A stretch of DNA of 64,000 nucleotides from a virus (lineage: Duplodnaviria > Caudoviricetes). The stretch covers positions 96,001 to 160,000 of the IMG/VR virus record IMGVR_UViG_3300020576_002947, one strand, 5' to 3'. Numbering within the stretch: position 1 is the stretch's first letter; the number at the start of each line of letters is the position of its first letter. Below the pieces are notes generated by a model. It did not search any database and was not told where the DNA came from. It was given only the letters and a program-made list of their open reading frames with translations. The position numbers and the translations under genes are program-made. Positions 38,801-47,336 of the stretch are shown here, one piece after another.

Positions 38801-39669
38801 GGAATTGGGTGGGAACTACTATCATCATCCTTGTCAAGCATAGGGAATAAGCCCCCTTCTGTAATTAAGATAGGTGTTAAATTAATTTGCTCAAGTACAG
38901 GCTGAAGAGAGTTTGCTACTTCATGTTTTGAAGGTGCTAGAATAGATATAGTGTATGTTCGGTACGTAGTTCCAGCATGGTTCTTAAAGCCCCCTTCTGT
39001 TCTAATAGAAGGAACTTCCTTAATATAGGATGTTGAAGAACTAGATACTGAAGTAATATTACAGTTTCCTAGAATAGGAGCGTACCCTAACTGAGTTGTA
39101 TTGTGTGGGTATTGATAGGGTTTTGGTGTGTTTAGAAATCCAAAACTATCATCAGGAAGAAAGAGATGGTCGGCCATCTTCTGCCTTTCACGCTTCTTTA
39201 AAAACTCTTCGTCCTTTAGCGGGTCAATAACTTCTTTCTTAGTTTTTGGCTCCGAGTTAGGCTGTGTATTTTCATCAGCTGTAGAAGTGTTAGAAAATTC
39301 TAGGGACTTCTCCATCGGTTTCTTTTTGTTTGAGGTATTTATATTTAGTTTAGAACTAACAATTTTATATGTAGAAAAACTATTAGAAAGAATTGTTGTT
39401 CCTAAGAAACCTAGACCTGGTATCGTAAGCTGAAGCGTTATCGTACCTTCAAAGTTGTGCCTATAGTCTGAGTTTATAAGAACAGTTAGTAAGGAAAGGC
39501 CGTACTCACTCCTGATATGCTCAGCAAACTCTGACCAGAGAACGTAAAAAGATTTTTGTTTTCCTGGATTAGGGCCTCGGTAGTTTACTTTGTCTAGTAT
39601 AAGTGCATACTCTTGACCACCCTTTGTTTCCTTTCTTATAGAGTTTGGGCTTACTACAATATTATCCAT
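29896..39669 (-). CDS. Giant baseplate hub-like virion protein with internal SNase domain
   Basis: 3257 aa; hub-type LKPGARIHLRMGYG…VFNGAITE and GQPTIKPRDIIVI…VIHRFDLENG motifs; thermonuclease domain at about 33300-33720; C-terminal helical/hydrophobic region. Confidence 0.75.
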   Translation of the reverse strand: MDNIVVSPNSIRKETKGGQEYALILDKVNYRGPNPGKQKSFYVLWSEFAEHIRSEYGLSLLTVLINSDYRHNFEGTITLQLTIPGLGFLGTTILSNSFSTYKIVSSKLNINTSNKKKPMEKSLEFSNTSTADENTQPNSEPKTKKEVIDPLKDEEFLKKRERQKMADHLFLPDDSFGFLNTPKPYQYPHNTTQLGYAPILGNCNITSVSSSSTSYIKEVPSIRTEGGFKNHAGTTYRTYTISILAPSKHEVANSLQPVLEQINLTPILITEGGLFPMLDKDDDSSSHPIPYNEVIVKGYSLSTVPGSPEAMQLDIQVDPFLWSAYASLAGAESLLESDEEKAKKNPEIRCLSDAYCWPIYQFWAATTKKSSYSYSDEIVLTIPGPEQVSKIGSEINYTQSTTAGSDAQTIRSLQNLVTRKGEVTSDNIKRLPAYEKGSDTAGFDTEGEYYVLKFNSKANWDSIVKGSLAGMVMGWTYWKEGFDYALADHLGNRVGVGVDIANILVPNEYYQKISSLDTLVDISKSDTQNKQDAAAYRNAITKYFEDKEYARLQRTVNFQNPEEEVRAQAIRNMKTTIEAAIVNPQDFFGAVIRIIPAEIDPGITKLHYNVAVDENAYFDSRAASFSRAVDDVFFVPSVDDVRLHLSSTGDQDVIVTKINVQGGYNLSVTTHEALQLPKHQILGTKSKIITLEGRCMSNDAMLKVQRFYDLFAERAISRKSKDSSVTDLPDDRHEFDKSKPGSAYIHAKGTIFSLMGINFVMPAGIEVSNAPGAPGSWDFVITFLDFDPRVKEAERLKTLNTYNNQTNTTLKYNDETRGVEDAFPTYLKAIDYMSLQNSLLHEEVYPDLYLPTKTQLNQWVLSFNRLAQFGEQEQSDENDISLSTLDEEILNHCGRYFEVPATRQNIAAWPLDGTMTQGRYVDPDFYVYYEKNYFKSTLDEVTTDQYGARDVFSPKEVKNEDGPTKTGVISTIRISEKLPVSGDNKVVSLVPADQRGASITNIGQYLPNIYGDNLYMASTGEKATEVVEALSQGATEIDQKGAELGWWASSGEMVDLKDFNRIGTDTRPINDIFKKSNIFKGEIPKEFEKRLIPFEDPGDLEALGKGTEEERIFFSYAFRLKAIKTAVTQGIADRLSSDHKWHDLTDPTYNFLLQWKQSSFLDNIGENILGRWDEVGGDRENAAFRKPMTFQGADSNYEVHSPYEHLEKISKFKPLLTVKTPHSPPADAGTFVTPWRMMEKADKLYPFTVYDKNLLYRKVLESKELESVSDTWKGGSAQIRTNGDETLRELIANAQKNNIPPSVGFAFFNSRSHLGAHGPALDHTGWGDLDLERVVKEVKPDQLNIKGPRYAYRVFGHTYNSSKHKRTAVKLLETHFRVTRANADYITNKDQIDKLLSLADEAKSFDDFTKYLREAASAGNSLHAIDTYYVHWLGWVRSIGIEADFYETSKLDPFFSGYNPYIAMDCGNMANHTIHTTKSGSRSVMTDYLPSGKPRDISLDRRFASLDMLSVFSDLQDKDLSLEEQAVLIGKQRLALFPESEDAIYGLTVDLRNHSPFGRLKGAWPAYFLAIINEGFYWKGGTEKLWDQYFTRTAVSSIELVSSVETPASVLTIGLSNVFRSLTNYRAEQIFLEEMAVDQRNEFLAVLSNPKKWGFGDGLLGDVWARHIMKNFDDEMKMIWARNYLNTFVLKPGARIHLRMGYGSNAATMPVVFNGAITELPASDDLVTIVALSDGDELNKQITVGNTQTNNGWVWRNTGMVGISKSPANIVLESIIQVDGAKSLFLEKLNPFGKFRDMSHGIAHFGDVYIEGARHYAAEAAVNIYDASPTLDQTPDNNFFNNYAFYDWNAKKTYFSVSVNEATSHKVIDVCRRAVFDFVGCPTSFGTESRVFYGKWWWPCHYAYTAKTLENFSPTIEELKAVGNQSLDIKSLLVNEANDNLEVSEETSELLSTSAAAIDKDFLTKESTKSYAKVAKSLELLRSNKDQLKIFVKDGDTINFGITGMNGARLRYVDAPEKRQRFGIESTKTLKKLIEGKNVVVDIVGFEAAYGRFLVQIKAFDADSNTYLDVNEEMIRLGMAWAYVEKDADIKPRPGSNTDKTPAELIATQNIAKANRVGLWSDENLGISPVDPDLARQDGKYIRQNASAVSKALEKQSERDSETLWPLKLGEVFWDLSIPGGLHNLAKWAEMIWNPKGVAEKKYEGSFFNQMNQAGQKHLFENFILPTWSAQDKAEYRAKKLGYEYDGRPLAGERFKDVEYLTSTLAWKPFTQFYIAKTGINLIQNSIKPDASKVFTDAVGIQTYSQWFGGDSIERSLSVCVDDDIIPSSRRTLTVDSGIYLTAIGGGFGNIQQRITNLFSWVPGFASTIAHTPTTPAVHNSLVTTLADSVANMYSGWITLTGQPTIKPRDIIVIQDDRSGLYGPVRAKTVIHRFDLENGLVTFVSPMALAMPTGSTQSLRIINSTLVMLTKLSTYYVLRRLVMPTVMFMLFKRGMKASALREAARVLLSDRQKKSFLDLVDKTKFGLDFNASELKTLDQDILTEVKWFSWDDHPETRSINTVAELCEQEAQAAKLLEDTDKVAKEISESIAQTNVNKSAEIAKDYVKRLAVLAPAPKEPPLAAKRGAIPPTLTPAQQADADKKARDLAAREARKATLREKMDAKLARLAQGPVDDASLVPYRKIIGFLNTQTDLAEKFGELKTPGEKLDFLDKLVIAMQAGTRDRLNIIQNRFSLLEGSSLEPEVIRYRRLIELRDTGKATAEEAAELVKLKELLSTEKAKKLLQTLAKDGAGKEQLKLYNARMKKALKDSIILHLEEIIQFAEGGVGNEGKRELANLLDTIDEADTLEKFQALEKDITDILIGHYNGTRKSIKRTSGWWVFKEDVDPHKVGSVSKSLIKDIKKKVTIQLARIWENAFENTMADPELTDWVTTIIGDTKKNIFEDPEIDAIAKARGIDVDPIKNAAARTKLINELNNITIEEIEDLLRMATIDMNKIGTDVGDLNKYGFKWSGWKLWGKYLGDNLLNSGIWGVIKNYRDAKKIRRTTGGFKTLATAKAGAGAIWGWSRGLRKAVLNPYNLLPFKPQQNPAEILDAAKEAGEAGVGAIEAAKNAVKQVDLLGALGHDAKKASTALRIGSLVGPQFLLAAAKEIIWMCLGESVVSTINYRLKARQVVTIYPLFSGGVPYTAGILGHAGAVVGDEPGWIDQWIEKDGWGQLLSLSCAFMGVEIPDTKPSVEEKKLREEAENVSNTDLPVQ

Positions 39670-39671
39670 AT

Positions 39672-40400
39672 TTATCTAAAGGCCTCGGCAAGTCGATTCC
39701 TATCAATCGTAGGTTCGGTTATACCTTTGACTCTTATTAGAGGCCGAGTATCGTTTTTATTATCTTCATTGATTATATGATTTGAGTATTCTTCTGGTGT
39801 CATTGTAGCACCTGCAGCAGAACCCATAAACGTTTGAATATTTCTCGCGTTTCTAATTGACCTTACCTCAACTGCCCTTGCTGCGCCAACTACGGCAAGA
39901 CCTGTCATGATTCTTATGAAAGAGCTTCTAGACAGTCTAAGACCGTCTAATGCAGGAGCAAGAGTTTTCAAAGGACTATTATCAAGAGCTGCTATTAAAT
40001 TTCCTTTCATGTTCTTAATAAAATCTGGGTATGTATTAAGAAACTTATTAGTACTTACTGATATTGCACTTCCGAGTACAAGAGTTGAGATACCTAGAGA
40101 AGCACTAGCAGCTATGGCAACCTCAGGAGGCATACCACCATGCATAGCCTCGCCAACATTAAAGCCTCCTATAGCACCAATAACTCCTCCAACGATAGCA
40201 CTTCTTCCGCCAAAGATACCACCAGCTAACATACCTACTGATGCACCCAAACCAGCCATCTCAGGACCCTTAGTTCTAGAATTAAGCTGATCATTTACTA
40301 CTCTGCTATCCTTAACAGCATAGTAAGTAAGCAGAGAGCCTACAACTAAACCTATACCTAACTCAGGGGAGGGCCTAACTCTTAAAAGTCCTTTTATCAT
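39672..40400 (-). CDS. Glycine-zipper membrane protein
   Basis: 242 aa; several hydrophobic helices with GxxxG repeats (GASVGMLAGGIFGG…GGVIGAIGG). Confidence 0.6.
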   Translation of the reverse strand: MIKGLLRVRPSPELGIGLVVGSLLTYYAVKDSRVVNDQLNSRTKGPEMAGLGASVGMLAGGIFGGRSAIVGGVIGAIGGFNVGEAMHGGMPPEVAIAASASLGISTLVLGSAISVSTNKFLNTYPDFIKNMKGNLIAALDNSPLKTLAPALDGLRLSRSSFIRIMTGLAVVGAARAVEVRSIRNARNIQTFMGSAAGATMTPEEYSNHIINEDNKNDTRPLIRVKGITEPTIDRNRLAEAFR

Positions 40401-40402
40401 TT

Positions 40403-43400
40403 TTAGGTAGCACTCTCCAGATAGTTATAGGCATCTATAGAATTAATTCTATTTTTGCGATTAAGGGATGAACTAACTACAACACCCATACTACCTAGTT
40501 CTTTAGATAGAGCGTGGTAACCTATATCAGATTGACGTGCAGAGTCTGAAGATCCATTAATAGCAATCGACATGTTGCTGTATGATTCGGCAGAGAACGA
40601 AGGACTACCATAGCTATCTTGATTAATACCTTCCGAGTCTATTTCCCCATTAGGTGTCATTGTAGTCTCACTTAAAACATCTTCCTTTAGTTTAGGAGCT
40701 GAAGCTAGCGCAGCTAATCCCATTGCACCTAACATTAGCCCAGAACCCCAGTTTTCCATCATCTCTCTATGGGCTTTTTCAGTAAGAGTCACTCCATTTT
40801 TACTAGTAGCTTTTAGCTTTAGCATATTTCTATGCTGAAGCTCAGACTGACCTAGAGGATTTGATTCAGTAAATCTATTTTGTATTGGTGGTGAAACTTC
40901 TGGACCTACACCTAGATTAGCATCGGCCTGTAGTCTATCCATAGGTTTATAAGGTTGAACCCCACCATCTAGGAAAGAGTCAACTCTAGCTCCCATCTCT
41001 TCAGGAGAGAGTTGTGAAAATCCAGGTTCATTCATTAGGTTCTGAAGAAAGTTAGCACCATCTTTATGCTGCAGAATTTGTGTGGCCTTGTCTTTTACCT
41101 TAGCAAGTCTGGGATCTGTTGAAAGTAAGGTAAACTCATTATTTTCTACGCCTGAGAGGGCTGTTAGAATACCCTCAGTCTCGTACTTGGAGACCAGAAG
41201 TTTTTCATAATCCTGACCTTTAAATTCCTTAGCTCTATCTAGCACAAAACCAGCAGTCTCAATACCAGCTTCTCTAAACATATCAGCGATTCCTGTATTG
41301 TTTTCAACCCCCTCAGCAACATTTCGAGCCATTGATTGAAGAAGCTTTGCTGTAATTCTTTCCTTTTCTGACATTGCTATATCAGCATCTATTGTTCCTA
41401 ATGCGGTTTCGGCTATCAGTTTTGCCCTCTCATCTGTTGCACCAAAACCCTTAGCCACTACTTCTAATCTAGACTGTAATCCTTTATCAGGAGCAAACAG
41501 TTTCTTAACTGACTTACTGATGACATCACTCTCGTCTGAGTAAGCACCTGCCTTTTGTGTTGAATTAACATAGTCACTATAAGACTCGACTTCATCTAGA
41601 CCTAACTCTTTAAAAGCGCCAAGCTCATCTTCTAACCCTAGTTCTTTGATTGCAGAGAAAGCTGCACCTGCTTTTCCTGTAGATTTATCATCTCCAGCAT
41701 ATTTTAAAAGCTGGTAAAGTCCCTGACCAATAGTGTTTTGGGCAACGTTCTGGCCTCTGCCTGAGGCGAGTGGGTCTGTATTTAGAAAAGCCCTGGCACT
41801 TAAGTTGGAGATCCCTTTACCATCAACATTTCTAAAACCAAAACTAAGGCTAGGGGCACTCTCTTGCAAAGTTACTGTTTCTCTCATAGCTAAAGCAGCG
41901 ACCATAAAAGCTCTGAACGCATTAGAGTCAGAAGACATTATTGCCTGTCTCATATCAGGACTAGCCATTACCCACGAAGAAAATGTTTCCAAAGCACTTT
42001 TATCTACCGCGTTTGGTGTAAGTGCTTTAAATACTTCGCCAGCTACAGCTTCAGTAAATGCTTTTTTATTAGTACCTGAGAATTGAGTTGAAAACCGTCT
42101 AAGCTCAGGGTCCTTTTCTAAGAACTGATCTAAGAATGTAACCCCTTGTGCCTCTTCTCCTAGTAATCTCTTTATGTCGTCTAGTGTACTATCATTAACC
42201 CTATACTCTCTGCCATTAGTTAACTTTTGGATTACAGTATCAACAAGATTGTCACCATTTCCTTCTATATAAGTCCCTGCCGCGACACGAGCTTTAGCTA
42301 GTACATGAGCGGTATCAAAATTATTTACTACAGCTTCAGTTGATAATGAAGTAAACTTAGGGAATGGGTTTAATTCATTAATCATCCTTTTTGTTGACGA
42401 AGCTACGTTTCTAGCTCTTTCTTCTGCTACTAACTTAGCGGACTGTTTGGCAGCTGGACTTGTATCGTTAGCATCAATAACCCGTCCAGAAAGAAGGGTA
42501 TTAACTTCACCCTCAGTCATTACTCTCTCCCAAACTAACTTACTTCCTGCATTAGTACTACTTGCTATCGCTTCACCAGTGTTAACACCTGAGATTGATA
42601 CTCTAAAAAATTGTTCTCCATCTACAACCTCAGCCCTTATACTTTCAGGAGTAATTTTAATGATTGACCCAGTAATATCTCTAATTCTAGTTCCTTCAAG
42701 AGCAATAGCACCATCTACTTTGTTGATTGTAGCACCCTTGAGAATATCAGAAGCATCCCTATCAAGAAGATAAGCCCAGACGTTATCTGCCACATCATCA
42801 TGGGCTTCTTTCATTCCAAACATCCAAGCTCTTTTACTGCCTGTTTTAGCTGCTTTTAACATCTGATCTTGCTGGTTAAAGTTTCCTGTAGTAGCAGCAC
42901 CAGTTGCCATGGCAAGAAGCTCTTTTGAGACGCCTTTTTTGATGTCTAGTATTTGTACTCGCCTAATAAGATCGTCTACCTTACTAGCACTAACTCCACT
43001 AGTACCTTTTAAGAATCTAAGTTCTCTAGCAAGGATACCAAAGTCAGCTCGGCCTTGAGTAGGAATAAAAAGAATCTCATCCTTTTCCATCTCTAAAACT
43101 AAGGTTTCTATTTGATCAATCCTAACTAGTCCATTGGTTGCAGATAAAGGATTACTCTTACTAGCTTTTTGAGGAGTAATTTGAAAAGCAAATCTATTAC
43201 CATTAGGTCCAGACAGATTTTGATCATCCATAAGCTTCTTCATAAAAGCTTGGGTAGCTGCTTTAAGCTCATCTTTGTCAGTAATTAGCTTTAATCTTTT
43301 AAATTCTTCTTGGTAGGCAGTATGGCTTCCAGAACTTTTTATTTTCTCTAGTGCTGTTTCTATTGCGTCAAGCTGAGTCCCAGTCATTAGAGAAGCACTA

Positions 43401-45763
43401 CTAACTCGCCAACCTGGAACTGCAGTACCATCAACATCGAAAGGAAGGCTTTCTATATCAAGGTAAGCAAAAGATTGTCCATGTTTTTTAGGGTCTTGGA
43501 GAGCGGTTAGTAAACGCTTAGCTTTTCCAAGTTCTAAGTCCAATCTTTTCTCAGCAGTTGATTGTACTATCTTCCCATCTTCAATAGCAAAAGGCTCAAA
43601 AGACTTTGATGTTAAGACTCTTGTTGTAGTATTTCCCTTAGAAGTAACGCTTACAGCTAAAGCCTTGCCTTCATCAATACCAGTTTGGGCAGCTTCAGCC
43701 ACATCATTATAGCGACCAGGAGTAAGAATACTCATAGTAGGCCTAGTTTCAGGTCTAAATGGATAAAGTTTAACTTTATTATTAACTTCCATTTTGCCAA
43801 TCGTTTCTTCAGGACCAGAAATTCCACTAGGCATTCTTTCAGATACCATAGTAGTACTTAATTGACTATAGTCAGCCCCCTCAGGTATAGTGTCAGTATA
43901 CATAATCTGTCTTACTGAATTGTGGTCAGTATATCTTCTTCTATACATTGGCTTAGTACCATCTACATGGAATCTAGGTGCTGCTAGCTCATGTTGAACA
44001 TATCTTTGAGTTTCAGTTAAAATAGATGAGTCTCTAGTAGCAGAACTATGCTTCTCAGCACCTCCAATAAGAGCTGAATGGTACTCAAGCTCAGTTTCAA
44101 ACATAAATGACGTGGCTTGCTCAGTAGACATTCCAACATCAAGACTCTTATCTAAAGCTATTGTCCTCATTTGTAAGACTGAACCAACAGTCATACTACC
44201 ATCAGGACCAATAGAAGAAGGCATTAAATCTTTAAGATCTTCTGCTCCGCCAACAAGAGTCTCTAGTTCAATACCTGATAGATAGATATGGCCTAGTCCG
44301 ATAGCCTTCGTAAGATCTTGTACACCTTGAGTTGTCTTTATGTTATACTGCTGACCATTAAAAGAAAGAGTTTTTTGGGAAAGACCTTGTATTAACTGCT
44401 CTGTTTTAAATCTATATACTTTAAAACTAGGATCGTTTTCCCCTACTTGAGATGTAAGTCTAATAACTTCCTGTAAATCTAGTTTTCCTGAGGCAAGTTT
44501 TTCAGCATAGCCTGCTTTTGAGGCTCTGGCTGTTTGTCTCCTACTCTGAAACTCTCTGTTGTTTGCAGCAAACTCGTCTAGGTACTGACGAAGGGAGATA
44601 GGTACGTTATCACCATCAATAGGCCGAAAAGCATCTTCACCAGTAAATAATCCTTTACTTCTTAGCATATCAGCCATTACTTTAAGGATTTTACCCTCAG
44701 TTTTTCCAGAAGGCATACCATCTTTTGATGCTATAGTGCTTGTAATATTCTCAATAGCTTCCTCACTACCATTGAAATTAGTACGACCAATCTGATACTC
44801 CCAGAACTTAGTCATCTCATCTCTATTGGCAAACTCTCTCCCCATTAAAGATTCTGTGTATCCTACCAGCATTTGGGCCAGCTTTCTTTTCCCGTCAGGA
44901 CCTACTTCGCCTGTATATGGCTTTATCCTAAAATCTGTTATTGGGTTTGTAAAAGGATGGCTTGCTCCAAATGGAAGATCTTGTTCTATTAAGGAAGTTC
45001 TAACGAACTCTGCGGCTTCTCTAATAGTATTAGAATCTGATCCCAATTGATTAACAGCAACAGTTGGGTCTACTGCACCTACTGAGGTAGAAGCAGCCAA
45101 TCCAAAATCAGCTAATCTGCCTAGCATACTAGTTTTGAGAGTGCCTCCTTCGTCAGGCACAATCATGTTATAAAGCATCTCGGCAGAGCCAGCGTTGTAA
45201 ACTCCTGCTACTTTTTGGCCTGATTTGTTTATGCTTTGGTCTAGGAAGACTGAGAACTCTTCGATTATATCATCAGAGTATTCTTCTGGAAGTGCGCTTC
45301 TAAACGCGTCGTAAATCTGTGGTTGGGTAAATCTAAATCCAGCGCCTTTCCCGATTGATGATACTATTTGTTCTATACTACCATCAATGGTTAGATCAGG
45401 AGCCATAATCAAGAATGTTCTTAATGACGCGTAGTCAGAATCAGTATTAAGCTTATGTAAAAAATTACCCTGTCCAATCGCGTTTCCTAGCCCATCGGCA
45501 AGTTTTACACCTTTTTTAATTCTTGCTACAATTTCATCAGGTGTTTCTAGATTAAGATTACTTCTAATTATATTTATAGGTATATCTTGGACAACTTTAG
45601 CAGACCATGATTTAGATTCCTCACTAAAAATACCTGCGGCAAAAACAGTTATACCTGCTGTTCCAAAAGCAACTACGTTCTCTATTACAAAATCAAGACC
45701 ATCTTCTTGATCTCTTGCAATATCACCAGGCTCCAAATTAATATTAGTAGTGTAGAAATCCAC
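40403..45763 (-). CDS. Tape-measure-like giant protein with DEDDh exonuclease-like domain
   Basis: 1786 aa, A/G/helix-rich, with a C-terminal hydrophobic segment; YLDIES…RADFGIL…AHDDVAD motifs. Confidence 0.6.
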   Translation of the reverse strand: MDFYTTNINLEPGDIARDQEDGLDFVIENVVAFGTAGITVFAAGIFSEESKSWSAKVVQDIPINIIRSNLNLETPDEIVARIKKGVKLADGLGNAIGQGNFLHKLNTDSDYASLRTFLIMAPDLTIDGSIEQIVSSIGKGAGFRFTQPQIYDAFRSALPEEYSDDIIEEFSVFLDQSINKSGQKVAGVYNAGSAEMLYNMIVPDEGGTLKTSMLGRLADFGLAASTSVGAVDPTVAVNQLGSDSNTIREAAEFVRTSLIEQDLPFGASHPFTNPITDFRIKPYTGEVGPDGKRKLAQMLVGYTESLMGREFANRDEMTKFWEYQIGRTNFNGSEEAIENITSTIASKDGMPSGKTEGKILKVMADMLRSKGLFTGEDAFRPIDGDNVPISLRQYLDEFAANNREFQSRRQTARASKAGYAEKLASGKLDLQEVIRLTSQVGENDPSFKVYRFKTEQLIQGLSQKTLSFNGQQYNIKTTQGVQDLTKAIGLGHIYLSGIELETLVGGAEDLKDLMPSSIGPDGSMTVGSVLQMRTIALDKSLDVGMSTEQATSFMFETELEYHSALIGGAEKHSSATRDSSILTETQRYVQHELAAPRFHVDGTKPMYRRRYTDHNSVRQIMYTDTIPEGADYSQLSTTMVSERMPSGISGPEETIGKMEVNNKVKLYPFRPETRPTMSILTPGRYNDVAEAAQTGIDEGKALAVSVTSKGNTTTRVLTSKSFEPFAIEDGKIVQSTAEKRLDLELGKAKRLLTALQDPKKHGQSFAYLDIESLPFDVDGTAVPGWRVSSASLMTGTQLDAIETALEKIKSSGSHTAYQEEFKRLKLITDKDELKAATQAFMKKLMDDQNLSGPNGNRFAFQITPQKASKSNPLSATNGLVRIDQIETLVLEMEKDEILFIPTQGRADFGILARELRFLKGTSGVSASKVDDLIRRVQILDIKKGVSKELLAMATGAATTGNFNQQDQMLKAAKTGSKRAWMFGMKEAHDDVADNVWAYLLDRDASDILKGATINKVDGAIALEGTRIRDITGSIIKITPESIRAEVVDGEQFFRVSISGVNTGEAIASSTNAGSKLVWERVMTEGEVNTLLSGRVIDANDTSPAAKQSAKLVAEERARNVASSTKRMINELNPFPKFTSLSTEAVVNNFDTAHVLAKARVAAGTYIEGNGDNLVDTVIQKLTNGREYRVNDSTLDDIKRLLGEEAQGVTFLDQFLEKDPELRRFSTQFSGTNKKAFTEAVAGEVFKALTPNAVDKSALETFSSWVMASPDMRQAIMSSDSNAFRAFMVAALAMRETVTLQESAPSLSFGFRNVDGKGISNLSARAFLNTDPLASGRGQNVAQNTIGQGLYQLLKYAGDDKSTGKAGAAFSAIKELGLEDELGAFKELGLDEVESYSDYVNSTQKAGAYSDESDVISKSVKKLFAPDKGLQSRLEVVAKGFGATDERAKLIAETALGTIDADIAMSEKERITAKLLQSMARNVAEGVENNTGIADMFREAGIETAGFVLDRAKEFKGQDYEKLLVSKYETEGILTALSGVENNEFTLLSTDPRLAKVKDKATQILQHKDGANFLQNLMNEPGFSQLSPEEMGARVDSFLDGGVQPYKPMDRLQADANLGVGPEVSPPIQNRFTESNPLGQSELQHRNMLKLKATSKNGVTLTEKAHREMMENWGSGLMLGAMGLAALASAPKLKEDVLSETTMTPNGEIDSEGINQDSYGSPSFSAESYSNMSIAINGSSDSARQSDIGYHALSKELGSMGVVVSSSLNRKNRINSIDAYNYLESAT

Positions 45764-45785
45764 TATAGCTATAACCTAAAATAAA

Positions 45786-45811
45786 TTAGAGCCTATTTTA
45801 TTAGGCTCTAA
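45786..45811. terminator. Terminator-like hairpin
   Basis: TTAGAGCCTA-TTTTAT-TAGGCTCTAA perfect 10-bp stem, T-rich on both sides. Confidence 0.6.
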
Positions 45812-45854
45812 CTGTTTTTTATCATGAAATAATCACCACTACTTAAACATCTAG

Positions 45855-46202
45855 TCACTCACTTTCTGTTTCTTCACTTACCTCAACTTCGTTATCCGCT
45901 TGATGCTCGGCAATTCGAGCTTCTAAATCTGCTGTGATTTCATCAACCTTTTCTTTTACGATAGCTTTTAATAGCATCTTTGACTCTGCATTAGGTCTAT
46001 TTGACTTAGCCCTTGTAAGCAAGTTAATATAGTCATAATGCAAAGCATCTAAAGTTGGGTAGTCACACTCTTCCCCTGCAATTAAAGCATTCTTTCTCTT
46101 TAAAAACCAGTCATGTACTTCCTTGGGGGAGTCTAGTATAAAACGAGAAAATTGATTGTCTTGAGCTTTCATTAGCTTGGTCTTTTGAGTCTTAGTAGCC
46201 AT
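45855..46202 (-). CDS. Hypothetical protein
   Basis: 115 aa with an acidic C-terminus, coupled to the phosphoesterase gene. Confidence 0.55.
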   Translation of the reverse strand: MATKTQKTKLMKAQDNQFSRFILDSPKEVHDWFLKRKNALIAGEECDYPTLDALHYDYINLLTRAKSNRPNAESKMLLKAIVKEKVDEITADLEARIAEHQADNEVEVSEETESE

Positions 46203-46203
46203 T

Positions 46204-47307
46204 TTAGTTACCTATGAATCGAATTCTAACTGAATCAATATTAATGTTAAACTGATCGTCAGTATTGAATAGGACGTACCCACAGGTAGGTGCTGGGTAC
46301 TTTCCTGCATTTTCAAAGATATATGGCATTGGTTTACACATACAACCTGTGTTAACAATCAACCTTCCTTCAGGAGTATAAGCCAAGTTCATTCGATGAG
46401 AGTGACCATGGAAAAGAGCTTTTGGACTCTCAGGGATGTCTAGAAGAGGCAAGAATGTGTCTACCCATCTGAGGGCCATTTCAGCTGCATCTTTGCCACA
46501 GAAGCCGTCTAGGTGGGCTAAAACCATGTTTCCTACAGAACCTAGATTAGTTACCTCAAGATCACTGCCTAGCCTTGTATTAGGTGCTGTAGAAAAGGCT
46601 GTTACTGTTAGTAGTTCTACATTCTTAAATCTGTTTGAGATTAATTCTAGTGGATCAACGATCAGAGGAAGGATCTCAGGCATGAAGTTCTGAATCTTTC
46701 TAGAAACCCTAACGTCATGATTTCCAGAGATTAGATAAACCTTAGAAAACTTCTCAGACAACATTTTCAAGATTGCTATAGCTCTTGACAGTTCCTCTCT
46801 AACCAGTAGATGATCAATGGTCTTTCGGTGTGAAGACACCGCATACATATCAAAGAAGTCACCTGCGATAAACAATACATCAGCAGTTTCATTCATCAAG
46901 TGAGCAAGAGCCTCAGTATTCTCAAAAGGAATATGAAAGTCAGATGCAACAATACACTTAATAGTAGGACCGTCTAGTTTGCCTAGCTTTTTGATTTTAG
47001 GTATCTCACCTATAACTTCTTCTAGATTAGCTAAGGCCTCCTCTAACAACTTTCCTTTGTTAACTGGGTTAAGAGGGCCAGGTTCGTTTGAAAGAGATTC
47101 CTTCCAAAAGCGTCGGTATGCATTTACCTTTTGCCTTGCTTTCTCAGGGGAGAGCTTAAGCTTTCTAGCTAACCCTAGAACGAGATCTTCGACACCCTTC
47201 TTTTGGACAAACCTTGTGTAAAAGTCAATAGCGAAGTTGCTAGGAAGTCCAAGAGCTTCTGCATGAGTGAGCAGAATTTGGGGAGTGTATGTAGTTGGTT
47301 TAAACAT
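46204..47307 (-). CDS. Calcineurin-like metallophosphoesterase
   Basis: All five motifs are present: SDFH, GDFFD, GNHD, AH, GHSH. Confidence 0.92.
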   Translation of the reverse strand: MFKPTTYTPQILLTHAEALGLPSNFAIDFYTRFVQKKGVEDLVLGLARKLKLSPEKARQKVNAYRRFWKESLSNEPGPLNPVNKGKLLEEALANLEEVIGEIPKIKKLGKLDGPTIKCIVASDFHIPFENTEALAHLMNETADVLFIAGDFFDMYAVSSHRKTIDHLLVREELSRAIAILKMLSEKFSKVYLISGNHDVRVSRKIQNFMPEILPLIVDPLELISNRFKNVELLTVTAFSTAPNTRLGSDLEVTNLGSVGNMVLAHLDGFCGKDAAEMALRWVDTFLPLLDIPESPKALFHGHSHRMNLAYTPEGRLIVNTGCMCKPMPYIFENAGKYPAPTCGYVLFNTDDQFNINIDSVRIRFIGN

Positions 47308-47336
47308 GATATATTTTTAACTCTCAATTAGTAATG

